From the NCBI GenBank assembly GCA_965223905.1, contig CBDCXV010000001.1, forward strand, positions 704,001 to 768,000: 64,000 bases of DNA, read 5' to 3'. Both the position numbers and the translations under genes were made by a program. Under the pieces are notes generated by a model that ran no database searches, was not told where the DNA came from, and worked only from the letters and a program-made list of their open reading frames with translations. This document shows, piece after piece, positions 26,303 to 36,137 of the stretch (within the stretch, counting starts at the first letter, position 1; each line of letters begins with the position of its first letter). This DNA is from Candidatus Latescibacterota bacterium (GTDB taxonomy: Bacteria; Latescibacterota; UBA2968; UBA8231).

Positions 26303-26995
26303 ATGACCGCTTCCGCCGGAGATGTAGCCCTGCGCGCCCGCGGCATCCGCAAGAACTTCGTTTCCGGCGGCCGCGAGCTGCAGGTGCTGAAGGAGATCGA
26401 TCTCGAGGTTGCGCGCGGAGAGATGCTGGCGATCACGGGAGCCTCCGGCGTCGGCAAGAGCACCTTGCTCCACATCCTCGGGACGCTGGACCCGCCCACC
26501 GCGGGAGAGCTGGAGATCGAGTCCGTCGACGTCCTGCGACTCGGCGACCGGGAGCTGTCCGACTTCCGCAACCGCAACATCGGGTTCGTGTTCCAGTTCC
26601 ATAACCTGCTGCCCGAGTTCACTGCCCTCGAGAACGTGATGCTGCCGGCGATGATCGCCGTAGAGCCGGAACCGGGCGCGCGCGACCGCGCCGTCGACCT
26701 GCTCGGTCAGGTAGGGCTCGAGCAGCGCCTGCACCACCGGCCGGGAGAGCTGTCCGGCGGCGAAAGCCAGCGGGTCGCCGTCGCCCGCGCGCTGATCCGC
26801 ACCCCTTCGATAGTGCTGGCCGACGAGCCGTCGGGGAATCTCGACACCGCCGCCAGCGAAACCCTGCACAAGGTGATGGGAGAGCTGGCTCGCGCCGAGC
26901 GCCAGACCTTCGTGGTCATGACCCACGACCATCGCCTTGCCGGCGCCCTGGATCGCAGCGGCTGCATCGAGGGCGGTGTCCTCCATCTGAACTGA
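26303..26995 (+). CDS. lolD: Lipoprotein-releasing ABC transporter ATPase
   Basis: GASGVGKSTLL, the LolD motif GFVFQFHNLLPEF, LSGGE and LADEPSGNLD. Confidence 0.92.
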   Translation: MTASAGDVALRARGIRKNFVSGGRELQVLKEIDLEVARGEMLAITGASGVGKSTLLHILGTLDPPTAGELEIESVDVLRLGDRELSDFRNRNIGFVFQFHNLLPEFTALENVMLPAMIAVEPEPGARDRAVDLLGQVGLEQRLHHRPGELSGGESQRVAVARALIRTPSIVLADEPSGNLDTAASETLHKVMGELARAERQTFVVMTHDHRLAGALDRSGCIEGGVLHLN

Positions 26996-27011
26996 TCCCG
27001 GAAGCGCAACC

Positions 27012-27605
27012 GTGAACCCCCCTGTTTGTGAATCCTGCAAGGCGCGCGAGGCGACGATTCTGTTAAGGCATATCCGCGGCAACGAGAAGCGCACTCTCCG
27101 TCTGTGCTCCCCGTGCGTCTCGCAGAGGGCCCGGGAGTCCGAGGGAGAGTCCCCGGAAAAGCCCGCCGCTGCCGGGGTCGCCGGGCCCGAGGCCAAACCG
27201 GACACCCCGCAGAAGAAGCCGGCGGGAAAAACGATCAACGTGGTCGTCGGCCACCTGTCGTTGTCCGAGCCCGCGGAGCAGGTTGAGTGCGGCGAGTGCG
27301 GAATGACCTACAAGGAATTCCGCAAGGTCGGCCGCCTGGGGTGCAGCCGCTGCTACTCGGCCTTTTCCGCCCAGCTCGAGCGGCTGTTCAAGCGCATTCA
27401 CGGCGCCACAAGCCACGAAGGAAAGGGCCCGCAGCCCTCCGCCGGGTCCCGGGATGAGCGGCAAGAGCTGAGAGAGGCGTTGCGGAACGCGGTGGCCGAG
27501 GAGGCGTACGAGAAGGCGGCCGCTATCAGGGACCGGATCGCCCGGCTGGAGGGGTCGGGAGGTACGGGGGCTGCGGGCGGGGATGCCGGCAGGTCGGAAC
27601 AGTGA
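27012..27605 (+). CDS. mcsA: Protein-arginine kinase activator McsA
   Basis: Four CxxC motifs, CGMTYKEF...GRLGCSRCY, IHG...H.GK.P, and a UVR domain (EEAYEKAAAIRDRI). Confidence 0.9.
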   Translation: MNPPVCESCKAREATILLRHIRGNEKRTLRLCSPCVSQRARESEGESPEKPAAAGVAGPEAKPDTPQKKPAGKTINVVVGHLSLSEPAEQVECGECGMTYKEFRKVGRLGCSRCYSAFSAQLERLFKRIHGATSHEGKGPQPSAGSRDERQELREALRNAVAEEAYEKAAAIRDRIARLEGSGGTGAAGGDAGRSEQ

Positions 27606-28669
27606 ACTTCGACGCCCTCATCCAATCGATGCCGGTCTGGCAGAGCGGCGCCGGCGACGAGGACGGAATCGTCGTCAGCTGCCGGGCCAGGCTGGCCCGC
27701 AATCTCGCCGGTTTTCCTTTCGAGACGAAGATCGCCGATGCGGAGCGCGAAGGGGTGATCGAGAAGGTCCTTGCCGCGGCAAAGAGCTGCTCGCAGATGG
27801 ACGGCTCAACCTTCTACAGCATGAGCGTCCTCGACGGCAACGAGCGCAGAGTGCTGGTGGAACGGCACCTGATCAGCCCCGCCCTCGCCGGTGGCACGGG
27901 ACAGCGGGGGGTGTTGTTCAACACCGAAGAATCCCTCAGCGTCATGATGAACGAGGAAGATCACCTGCGGCTGCAGGCGATCTTCCCAGGGCTCGACGCG
28001 ACCGGTGCCTGGGCCGGCGCAAACGCGCTCGACGACGAGCTCTGCCGCTCGCTCGAGTACGCCCATTCACCGGAGCTCGGCTTCCTGACCGCCTGTCCCA
28101 CCAATACCGGGACGGGGCTTCGCATGTCGGTGCTGGCTCACCTTCCCGGACTGGTGTTGACCGAGGACATGGAAAGGGTGGTCCAGGGACTGAACCAGCT
28201 GTCCTTCGCGGTCCGGGGAGTGTATGGAGAAGGCAGCAATTCCGCCGGCAACCTGTTCCAGCTTTCCAACCAGTCGACGCTGGGCTCCGGTGAGGAGAAG
28301 ATCGTCGAGGAGCTGCTCCGGCTCGGCGGGCAGGTGGTCGAGTTCGAGCGCAACGCGCAGGAAACGCTGCTCGTTGATGCCCGCTCCCGGATCGAGGACA
28401 AGGTGTGGCGGGCATACGGGTTGCTATCCCAGGCACGGGTGCTGACCAGCCAGGAGTTCATGAACCTGCTGTCCGCGGTGCGGCTCGGCTACAGCATCGG
28501 CCTGATCCGGGAGGTGACGCCGAGGTTCCTGAATCAACTGATGGTGATCACCCAGCCCTCGCACCTGCAAGCCGCTGCCGGAAGGGCCCTGGAGCCGGAA
28601 GAAAGGGATGTTCGGCGCGCCGAAATGGTCCGTCAAAAGCTCTCGGAATCGGCAGCGGAACAGCGCTAG
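27602..28669 (+). CDS. mcsB: Protein-arginine kinase McsB
   Basis: RARLARNL, LVERHLISP, NEEDHLRLQ, ACPTNTGTGLR, RGVYGEGS, FQLSNQSTLG. Confidence 0.95.
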   Translation: MNFDALIQSMPVWQSGAGDEDGIVVSCRARLARNLAGFPFETKIADAEREGVIEKVLAAAKSCSQMDGSTFYSMSVLDGNERRVLVERHLISPALAGGTGQRGVLFNTEESLSVMMNEEDHLRLQAIFPGLDATGAWAGANALDDELCRSLEYAHSPELGFLTACPTNTGTGLRMSVLAHLPGLVLTEDMERVVQGLNQLSFAVRGVYGEGSNSAGNLFQLSNQSTLGSGEEKIVEELLRLGGQVVEFERNAQETLLVDARSRIEDKVWRAYGLLSQARVLTSQEFMNLLSAVRLGYSIGLIREVTPRFLNQLMVITQPSHLQAAAGRALEPEERDVRRAEMVRQKLSESAAEQR

Positions 28670-28686
28670 AGGGAGAGCAACCCTTC

Positions 28687-28715
28687 TTGACAGGCAAATG
28701 TGGGATTGCTAGGTT
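28687..28715 (+). promoter_or_regulatory. Putative internal sigma70 promoter for clpC
   Basis: TTGACA, 17-nt spacer ending in an extended -10 TG, then TAGGTT. SD AGGAGG precedes ATG 28750. Confidence 0.6.
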
Positions 28716-28749
28716 CGGAAGACACCAGAAAGAGCGTAGGAGGTTGTAA

Positions 28750-31221
28750 ATGAATAACATGTTCACAGATGGCGTCAAAAGGGTGATGCAGTTTGCCCGA
28801 GAGGAATCGGCGCGGCTGGGACACAACTACATAGGTACCGAGCACCTGCTTCTGGGCATCATCAAGGAAGGCAAGGGCAAGGCGGTAACGGTTCTCACCA
28901 ACCTCGGGTTGAACCTCGATACGGTAAAGCAGTCGGTAGAGGATTACGTCGCCACCTCAGGCGGCACGATGACGATCGGCGAGGTGCCCTTTACCCCCAG
29001 GGCGAAACAGATACTCGAGGTGGCCGCCAACGAGGCGAAGGAGATGAAGACGCAGTTCGTCGACATCGAGCATCTCCTGCTCGCGCTCCTGAAAGACAAG
29101 GAGGGGGTGGCGGCCCAGATACTTGCGGCCTTCGGAGTGGACTTCAAGACCGCCATGGAAGAGACGGTGGCGGTGCTCGAAGGCAAGTCCAGCGGCCAGA
29201 AAGAGAAGGGGAAGAAGAGCAAGACCCCCTTCCTCGACCACTTCGGCCGCGACCTGACGCAGCTCGCCCGGGAGGGCAAGCTCGACCCCGTCATCGGCCG
29301 CGAAAAGGAGATCGAGCGCGTCACCCAGATCCTCAGCCGCCGCAAGAAGAACAACCCCATTCTCATAGGCGACCCCGGGGTCGGCAAGACCGCCATCGTC
29401 GAGGGCCTCGCCCAGCGGATCGTCGAAAAGCGGGTTCCCCAGATTCTGCTCGACAAGCGCCTGGTCACCCTCGACATGGGCGGCGTCGTCGCCGGCACCA
29501 AGTACCGGGGCCAGTTCGAGGAGCGCATCAAGGCGGTGCTCAACGAGCTGCATCAGAATCACGACGTGGTGATCTTCATCGACGAGCTGCACACCATCGT
29601 CGGCGCCGGCAGCGCCGAGGGCACGCTCGATGCCTCCAACATGTTCAAGCCAGCCCTGTCCCGGGGGGAGTTGCAGTGCATCGGGGCCACCACTCTCGAT
29701 GAGTACCGCAAGTACATCGAGAAGGACGGCGCCCTCGAACGCCGTTTTCAGAGCATCATGGTCGAGCCCCCGTCCGTGGAGGACACGGTGGAGATCGTCA
29801 AGGGATTGCGGTCGAACTACGAAGCCCACCATCACGTCAAGTTTTCCGACGACGTCATCGCCTTCGCCGTTCGTCAGGCCGACCGCTACATATCGGACCG
29901 CTACCTGCCGGACAAGGCGATCGATGTCATCGACGAGACAGGATCGCGGGTGCACCTGGCCCGGCTCAGTCCTCCCGAGGAGATCGGCAAGCTCGAAGCG
30001 GAGATCCAGGACATCGAGCGCAGCAAGCTGGAGTGTTCCGAGAAGCAGGAGTTCGAGGAGGCCGCGCGCCTCCGCGACGAGGCCCACCGCCTTCGCGAAT
30101 CGCTGCAGCAGAAACGGCGGGCCTGGGAAGAAGAGGTGAGAAGCGAGGTCGTCGAGGTCAGCGAAGATGATATCGCCGAAGTGATTTCCAGCGTCTCTGG
30201 AGTCCCGATCCAGAGGCTGGCGGCAAGCGAGAGCGAGCGGCTGCTGACCATGGAGGACGAGCTCAGGAAGGTGGTGGTCGGACAGGAGCAGGCGATCGCC
30301 ACGATCTCGAGGGCGATCCGCCGAAGTCGCGCCGGCCTTCAGGATCCCAAGCGCCCCATCGGCTCGTTCATTTACCTGGGGCCCACCGGGGTGGGCAAGA
30401 CCTACCTGGCCGCCAAGCTCGCCGAGTTCCTGTTCGGCAACGAGGAGTCCCTGATCACCGTCGACATGTCCGAGTACATGGAGAAATTCTCGGTGTCGCG
30501 GCTCATCGGCGCGCCTCCCGGCTACGTCGGGTTCGACGAGGGAGGGCAGCTGACCGAACGCGTGCGCCGCCGCCCGTATTCGGTGGTGCTGCTCGACGAG
30601 ATCGAGAAGGCCCATCCCGACGTCTTCAACATCCTCCTGCAGATTCTCGACGAGGGGCGCCTGACCGACAGCACGGGCCGCAAGGTGGATTTTCGCAACA
30701 CCGTGCTGATCATGACATCCAACGTCGGCAGTCGCGAAGTCGGCAGCGGCGGCGTGCTGGGCTTCCAGAAGTCGGATGCCGACAGCTACCAGCAGGTGAT
30801 GGAAAACAAGATTACCGACGCAATGAAGAAGACCTTCAACCCGGAGTTCCTGAATCGCATCGACGACAGCGTCGTTTTCCACGCCCTGCGCAAGGAGGAC
30901 ATCGCCGCCATCGTCGACATCACCCTCGGCGAGTTCAAGGAGCGCCTGCAGCTGCGCAGTATTGCGGTGAGGATTACTCCAGGTGCCAAGAACCTGATCG
31001 CCGAGAAGGGTTTCAATCAGACATTCGGTGCCCGCTACCTCAAGCGCACCGTCCAGAGGCTGCTCGAGGATCCGCTTGCGGAAGAGATCCTCCAGGGCCG
31101 TTTCAGCGAGGGCAGTCGAATCAGGGTCACCAAGAAGGGTGAGGCGCTCGTATTCGACGACGAACGGGAAAACGTCGAGGTCGTCGCACCGGGGAGCAGG
31201 TCCGCTGGCAAAGGGGAGTAG
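28750..31221 (+). CDS. clpC: ATP-dependent Clp protease ATP-binding subunit ClpC
   Basis: Double Clp-N repeats, Walker A motifs GDPGVGKT and GPTGVGKT, a UVR middle domain, and its position after mcsA-mcsB. Confidence 0.96.
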   Translation: MNNMFTDGVKRVMQFAREESARLGHNYIGTEHLLLGIIKEGKGKAVTVLTNLGLNLDTVKQSVEDYVATSGGTMTIGEVPFTPRAKQILEVAANEAKEMKTQFVDIEHLLLALLKDKEGVAAQILAAFGVDFKTAMEETVAVLEGKSSGQKEKGKKSKTPFLDHFGRDLTQLAREGKLDPVIGREKEIERVTQILSRRKKNNPILIGDPGVGKTAIVEGLAQRIVEKRVPQILLDKRLVTLDMGGVVAGTKYRGQFEERIKAVLNELHQNHDVVIFIDELHTIVGAGSAEGTLDASNMFKPALSRGELQCIGATTLDEYRKYIEKDGALERRFQSIMVEPPSVEDTVEIVKGLRSNYEAHHHVKFSDDVIAFAVRQADRYISDRYLPDKAIDVIDETGSRVHLARLSPPEEIGKLEAEIQDIERSKLECSEKQEFEEAARLRDEAHRLRESLQQKRRAWEEEVRSEVVEVSEDDIAEVISSVSGVPIQRLAASESERLLTMEDELRKVVVGQEQAIATISRAIRRSRAGLQDPKRPIGSFIYLGPTGVGKTYLAAKLAEFLFGNEESLITVDMSEYMEKFSVSRLIGAPPGYVGFDEGGQLTERVRRRPYSVVLLDEIEKAHPDVFNILLQILDEGRLTDSTGRKVDFRNTVLIMTSNVGSREVGSGGVLGFQKSDADSYQQVMENKITDAMKKTFNPEFLNRIDDSVVFHALRKEDIAAIVDITLGEFKERLQLRSIAVRITPGAKNLIAEKGFNQTFGARYLKRTVQRLLEDPLAEEILQGRFSEGSRIRVTKKGEALVFDDERENVEVVAPGSRSAGKGE

Positions 31222-31272
31222 CAGTAAAAGACCGCACTGTTGACGGCCGCGCTGCGGCTTGCGCCATCCGAT

Positions 31273-31318
31273 AAGCCGTTTTGTCCAGAGGCGAACATCC
31301 TGGATAGAACGGCTTTTT
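31273..31318 (+). terminator. Probable Rho-independent terminator between clpC and bamA
   Basis: AAGCCGTTTTGTCCAG ... CTGGATAGAACGGCTT followed by a T-run. Confidence 0.6.
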
Positions 31319-31349
31319 GGATTCCGGCGCTCTTTCTTCGGAGGGTTCC

Positions 31350-33653
31350 ATGCATCCCATTCTCACATTATGGCGTTCCGGTCCGGCTGTCGCCGCGTTT
31401 ATCGCCGCGGCCTGGGTCGGCACCGCGAGCGCGCAGGACGCGATCTCGGAGGTCGAGATACGGGGCGAGCTGCGCCGCGTCGCCCCGTCCCTGATTCGCA
31501 CCACACTGGGACTGTCGGAAGGAGTAGAGCTCTCGCAGGAGAACGTCCAGGAGGCGATCCGGGCGCTTCAGAGCCTCAACGTTTTCGAAGACATCCAGGT
31601 TTGGGGCCAGGAAAACCCGGAAGGGGTGAAAGTCATCGTCGTGGTGACCGAGTACCCCGCCCTCGAGGGGATTCGCTTCAAAGGGCACAAGGAGCTGAAA
31701 GAGAAGGAGATGAAGGAGGCCCTCGGCCTCGTCATCGGCCAGGTCATGGCGCCGAGGGACATCGCGCGGGGGCGTCAGAAAATTCTCGATATGTACAAGG
31801 ACAAGGGGTATCTCCGGGCCGAGGTGAAGGGCCAGGTGTTCGACGCCGACGAGGAAGGGAAGGTCTACCTTCAGTACGACATCGACGAAGGGGACAAGGT
31901 GAGGATCAAGACCGTCACCTTCACCGGCAACGAAGCGCTCGGCGACGGCAAGCTGAAGAAGCAGATGGAGACCAAGGAAAACCGCTGGTGGCGCAAGGGG
32001 GAGTTCAAACCGGAGGTGTTCGAGGAGGACAAGCAGAAGCTGGTCGCCTATTACCGCAGCGAGGGGTACCAGCAGGCGCATATCCTGCGGGACAGCGTCT
32101 ATTACGACGACAGCCGCAAGAACCTGTTCATCGACCTCGAAGTGGAGGAGGGGGAGAAGTACCGGGTCGGAGCCATCACCTGGAACGGCAACGAGCTCCT
32201 CGACCAGGCCGAGCTCAGCGGCCACCTCGGCCTGGACGAGGGGGATATCTTCAGCATGCCCTCACCTCAGCTCGCCTACAATGTCAAGAACGCCTACTTC
32301 GAGAAGGGCTACCTCGATACCGAGGTCATACCGACCGAGATCACCCGCAACGACAGCATCGACGTGCATTTCCAGATCTACGAAGGAGAGCCGTTCAAGG
32401 TTCGCCGCATCGACATCAAGGGAAACGTCAGAACGCGCGAGAAGGTGCTGCGGCGGGAGATACAGCTGCGCCCGGGAGCGGTCTACAAGCAGAGCGCCAT
32501 GCAGGAGAGCCAGCGGCGCCTTTACATGCTGGGGTACTTCAAGGATGTCCAGATCCGCGATCAGGTCAGCCCGATCGAAGGGGACCGGACCATCGACCTC
32601 ACCTTCGCAGTGGAGGAGCAGCGCACCGGGGCCGCCTCGATGGGTGCCGGGTACAGCGGCCGCGACAAGCTGGTCGGAACCCTAGGGCTGCAGATCCCGA
32701 ATTTTCGCGGCAAGGGTCAGAACCTCGATTTCAGCTGGGAGTTCGGGTACCGGCGCGAGCAGTTCCTCGTCGGCTTCACCGAGCCGTGGTTGTTCGATAC
32801 TCCCACCAGCTTCTCGTTCCGGGTGTACACCCTGAAGCAGCAGTATTACAACTACTTCACTTCCAAGCGCAACTCCGTCAGCCTGCGGGTCGGCAGGCGC
32901 CTCGAGCGTCCGTCGAATTCCTCGGTCAGCTTCGGGTACCAGCTCAGGGACCAGAAGTACACCAACTTCGAGGATTCCTTCGACGAAACCCAGCGCAGCT
33001 CTGGCCACTACGCGCCGCAGACGACGAGCAGCTTCGAGCTGAGCTTCCGGCGCGACACCCGCGACTTCCCGCAGTTTCCGACCTCGGGAAGCGTCCTCAG
33101 CTACACCCCGGAGGTCGCTTCCTCCTGGATCACCGGCGACGTCGATTTCCACCGCCACGAGATGGCCTGGAACTACTACCGGCCGCACTGGTGGAAGTTC
33201 GTCATCTCCCTCGAGTCGAAGCTCGCCGTCGTCGACGGCTTCTCCGACTGGGACGACGACAACCTGTCGTTCCACGACCTCTTCACCCCGGGTGGGGTCG
33301 ACTTGTGGGACGGCCAGGTGCGCGGCTATCGCGACGCCTCTCTCGGCCCCCGGGAGAACGGCACCCCCCTCGGCGGGCGGTCGATGTTGATCCTCAACCT
33401 CGAGTACCGGTTCCCGATAACGGAGCGCCAGATCGTCGGCCTGCTGTTCGCTGATGCCGGCAACGCCTGGTCGACTGTCCCCGCCCTCAACCCCACCGAC
33501 CTGAAACGCTCCATCGGTCTCGGGTTCCGGGTCATGACACCGATGCTCGGAATGATCGGTTTCGACTTCGCCTACGGTTTCGACCGCCGCAGCGTCGACG
33601 GTGAGAGACCGGGCCTGCAGACGCACTTCCAGTTCGGTCCCAGGTTCTTTTAA
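31350..33653 (+). CDS. bamA: Outer membrane protein assembly factor BamA
   Basis: Signal peptide from ATG 31350, POTRA repeats (I.I.GN..TREKVLRRE), VRGY motif, and C-terminal FQFGPRFF. Confidence 0.95.
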   Translation: MHPILTLWRSGPAVAAFIAAAWVGTASAQDAISEVEIRGELRRVAPSLIRTTLGLSEGVELSQENVQEAIRALQSLNVFEDIQVWGQENPEGVKVIVVVTEYPALEGIRFKGHKELKEKEMKEALGLVIGQVMAPRDIARGRQKILDMYKDKGYLRAEVKGQVFDADEEGKVYLQYDIDEGDKVRIKTVTFTGNEALGDGKLKKQMETKENRWWRKGEFKPEVFEEDKQKLVAYYRSEGYQQAHILRDSVYYDDSRKNLFIDLEVEEGEKYRVGAITWNGNELLDQAELSGHLGLDEGDIFSMPSPQLAYNVKNAYFEKGYLDTEVIPTEITRNDSIDVHFQIYEGEPFKVRRIDIKGNVRTREKVLRREIQLRPGAVYKQSAMQESQRRLYMLGYFKDVQIRDQVSPIEGDRTIDLTFAVEEQRTGAASMGAGYSGRDKLVGTLGLQIPNFRGKGQNLDFSWEFGYRREQFLVGFTEPWLFDTPTSFSFRVYTLKQQYYNYFTSKRNSVSLRVGRRLERPSNSSVSFGYQLRDQKYTNFEDSFDETQRSSGHYAPQTTSSFELSFRRDTRDFPQFPTSGSVLSYTPEVASSWITGDVDFHRHEMAWNYYRPHWWKFVISLESKLAVVDGFSDWDDDNLSFHDLFTPGGVDLWDGQVRGYRDASLGPRENGTPLGGRSMLILNLEYRFPITERQIVGLLFADAGNAWSTVPALNPTDLKRSIGLGFRVMTPMLGMIGFDFAYGFDRRSVDGERPGLQTHFQFGPRFF

Positions 33654-33670
33654 CAGCTCGAGAGGAGAGC

Positions 33671-34219
33671 ATGAACAAGCTCGCGGTCCCATTTCTGGCG
33701 CTGACGGTCCTGTGCGCCGCGGCAGCCGGCGCCGCCCAGAACATCGGTTACATCGACTCGGAAATCCTGCGCGAGAAAATGCCGGAGTTCAAGGACATGC
33801 AGAGGCAGCTCGATCGCCTGAGGCAGCAGTACGAGCAGGAAGCGATGGACAAGCAGAGCAAGCTGCTGAAGCTGCAGGAGGACTTTCGCAAGCAGGAGCT
33901 GCTGATGAGCGACGCCCGCAAGGCGGAGATGCAGTTGCAGTTCGACGAGAGCACGATGGAGCTTCAGCAGTTCACACAGGGCAAATTCGGCCCCGACGGC
34001 GAGCTGTTCCGCAAGAATGTCGAGCTGGCCGACCCGATCTTCGAAATGGTCAACACCGCAATAGCGGAGATCGCCAAGGAGGAGGGCTTCGACTTCATTT
34101 TCGACGCCGCCACCAGCGGAGCCATCGTATACGCCGATCCGGAGCGCTACAACCTGACGGACAAGCTGCTCGAAAGGCTCCAGGAACAGCGCGAGGAAAA
34201 GGAGAAGGGGAAGCAGTGA
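33671..34219 (+). CDS. skp: Periplasmic chaperone Skp/OmpH
   Basis: Signal peptide, IGYIDSE, long coiled coil, IAKEEGFDFIFD...YAD...NLTD; follows bamA. Confidence 0.92.
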   Translation: MNKLAVPFLALTVLCAAAAGAAQNIGYIDSEILREKMPEFKDMQRQLDRLRQQYEQEAMDKQSKLLKLQEDFRKQELLMSDARKAEMQLQFDESTMELQQFTQGKFGPDGELFRKNVELADPIFEMVNTAIAEIAKEEGFDFIFDAATSGAIVYADPERYNLTDKLLERLQEQREEKEKGKQ

Positions 34220-34671
34220 CGCCGCAGGAGGACCACGGCGGCCTCGATCTCGCAGCGATAAAGGAGCTCCTTCCCCACCGTTACCCCTTTCTGCTGGTAG
34301 ACCGGGTACTGGAATGCGAGCCGGGCAGCCGCCTCGTCGGGATCAAGAACGTCACCGCCGGGGAGTCCTTCTTCCAGGGGCACTTTCCCGAGTTCCCCGT
34401 CATGCCCGGCGTCCTGGTGATCGAGTCCCTGGCGCAGGCGGGAACCGTGATGATGCTGCAGGACGCCTCCGACCGGGGCATCCCCTTTCTCGCCGGCCTC
34501 GACAAGGTCAGGTTTCGCCGGCCGGTGGTGCCGGGGGACCAGCTTCGGCTCGAACTCGAGGTGCTGCAGAAACGCCCCGGCTCCTGCCGCCTGGCGGGCA
34601 AGGCATTCGTCGGGGAAGAGCTGGCGGCCCAGGCGGAGATCTTCGCCGTGCTGAAGCCGGCCGAATCGTAG
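34216..34671 (+). CDS. fabZ: 3-hydroxyacyl-ACP dehydratase
   Basis: GTG at 34216 overlaps the skp stop. LPHRYPFLLVDR, FFQGHFP..PVMPGVLVIESLAQ, FRRPVVPGD. Confidence 0.96.
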   Translation: MTPQEDHGGLDLAAIKELLPHRYPFLLVDRVLECEPGSRLVGIKNVTAGESFFQGHFPEFPVMPGVLVIESLAQAGTVMMLQDASDRGIPFLAGLDKVRFRRPVVPGDQLRLELEVLQKRPGSCRLAGKAFVGEELAAQAEIFAVLKPAES

Positions 34672-34710
34672 CTGCCGCCTATTCCTGCGGTCTCCTTCAG
34701 GGGCGAATCG

Positions 34711-34739
34711 TTGCGGCCGGGTGCATGCCGGCCTATGCT
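34711..34739 (+). promoter_or_regulatory. Putative sigma70 promoter of the pyrB leader
   Basis: TTGCGG, 17-nt spacer, TATGCT. Confidence 0.5.
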
Positions 34740-34797
34740 ATCGTAATCATGCTCCTCCGCCCACCGGATCAGGATCGCCAGCGCTCCACGGTTCCGC

Positions 34798-34827
34798 AGA
34801 CAGACCTTTCGCAGGTCTGTTTTTTTT
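34798..34827 (+). terminator. Intrinsic terminator/attenuator upstream of pyrB
   Basis: ACAGACCT-ttcgc-AGGTCTGT followed by a T-run (8 T, 34820-34827). Confidence 0.8.
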
Positions 34828-34894
34828 GTGTCCGCACAGCAACAGGGGGGCCGGGGACCGGCCCTGCTTTGCGGCTGAGGCCGCCGCTGCCGGG

Positions 34895-35821
34895 ATGCCC
34901 AGACTGAACCACGTCATCGAAGCCCAGCAGTTCGACCGCGAGCTAATGGGGGAGATCTTCTCCATCGCTCGCGAGATGGAAGACGTCGTTCAGCACTACG
35001 GGTCGAACATTCTGACCCGGCGCGTCATGGCCACGCTGTTCTACGAGCCGAGTACGCGCACGCGGCTCTCGTTCGAGTCGGCGATGCGGCGCCTGGGTGG
35101 CGAGGTCCTGACTACCGAGTCCGCCCAGCAGTTCTCCTCCGCGGCCAAGGGTGAAACCCTCGAGGACACGATCCGGATCGTCGCGGGGTATGCCGACGTC
35201 ATCGTGCTGCGCCATTTCGAAAGCGGGGCGAGCAGGCGCGCTGCCGGGGTCTCGCCGGTTCCCATACTGAACGCCGGGGACGGCGCCGGTCAGCATCCGA
35301 CGCAGGCCCTCCTCGACCTGTACACCATCGACCGCGAGCTCGGCAGGATGGACGGACTAGCGGTGGCGATGGTGGGGGATCTCGCCAACGGGCGCACGGT
35401 GCGCTCTCTCTGCTACCTGCTGGCCAAGTTCGACTCGCCGAGGATCTGGTTCGTCGCTCCCCCGGTCGTCCGCATGGGGGACGACATCAAGAGCTACCTG
35501 ACCCGGCACAACGTCGCTTTCGAGGAGGCGGAGGACCTCGCCGCGGTGGCCGCAGAGGTCGATGTCATCTACCAGACCAGGATACAGCGGGAGCGCTTCG
35601 GCGACCGCATCGGGGACTACGAGCAGGCGCACGGGCAGTACGTCATCGACACCTCCATACTCGCGTGCATGAAAAAGGAAGCCATCGTCATGCACCCGCT
35701 GCCCCGGGTGGATGAAATCACCCCTGAGGTCGATGCCGACCCCAGGGCGGCCTATTTCCGCCAGGCGCACAACGGCCTCTACGTGCGCATGGCCTTGCTG
35801 CGCATGGTGCTGTCGGATTGA
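34895..35821 (+). CDS. pyrB: Aspartate carbamoyltransferase catalytic subunit
   Basis: LFYEPSTRTRLSFE, NAGDGAGQHPTQALLD, GDLANGRTVRSL, YQTRIQRER, MHPLPR; ATG 34895. Confidence 0.97.
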   Translation: MPRLNHVIEAQQFDRELMGEIFSIAREMEDVVQHYGSNILTRRVMATLFYEPSTRTRLSFESAMRRLGGEVLTTESAQQFSSAAKGETLEDTIRIVAGYADVIVLRHFESGASRRAAGVSPVPILNAGDGAGQHPTQALLDLYTIDRELGRMDGLAVAMVGDLANGRTVRSLCYLLAKFDSPRIWFVAPPVVRMGDDIKSYLTRHNVAFEEAEDLAAVAAEVDVIYQTRIQRERFGDRIGDYEQAHGQYVIDTSILACMKKEAIVMHPLPRVDEITPEVDADPRAAYFRQAHNGLYVRMALLRMVLSD

Positions 35822-35901
35822 GTCGGACCGGCGGCTTGACCGTTGGATGCGCGCCGTTATATTCGGCCCCTTCGTCCGCAGATCAACCGGGAGAGCAGTC
35901 A

Positions 35902-36015
35902 ATGTCGTCGAGCAAGGGCAGAGAGAGAGAGAAAGAGCTGAGGCGCCGCCGCAAACGCCGGGAGGAGCGTATCAAGAACCGGATAAGGGAGGAAAAGGCG
36001 GCAAGCAGGAAATAG
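35902..36015 (+). CDS. Small highly basic protein (37 aa, DUF6800-like)
   Basis: MSSSKGREREKELRRRRKRREERIKNRIREEKAASRK with SD GGGAG, an upstream TTGACC-16-TATATT and a downstream hairpin. Confidence 0.7.
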   Translation: MSSSKGREREKELRRRRKRREERIKNRIREEKAASRK

Positions 36016-36063
36016 TCACAAGGCCGCGGAGAACCACATCGGTCCATCGCGGCGCGATATTTC

Positions 36064-36105
36064 AAGAGAGCGGACAGAGACCAACTGTCGGCTCTCTTTC
36101 TGTTT
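36064..36105 (+). terminator. Probable terminator after the small basic ORF
   Basis: AAGAGAGC-g-GACAG...CTGTC-g-GCTCTCTT followed by TCTGTTT. Confidence 0.55.
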
Positions 36106-36137
36106 GCAGTGAACCGTTCGTCCGCATCGGGGAGGCC

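Noticed and set aside
33601-34215. Apparent long N-terminal extension on FabZ (possible LpxC-FabZ fusion)
   Set aside because: The extension is an off-frame reading of skp with no LpxC motifs; the real start is GTG 34216.
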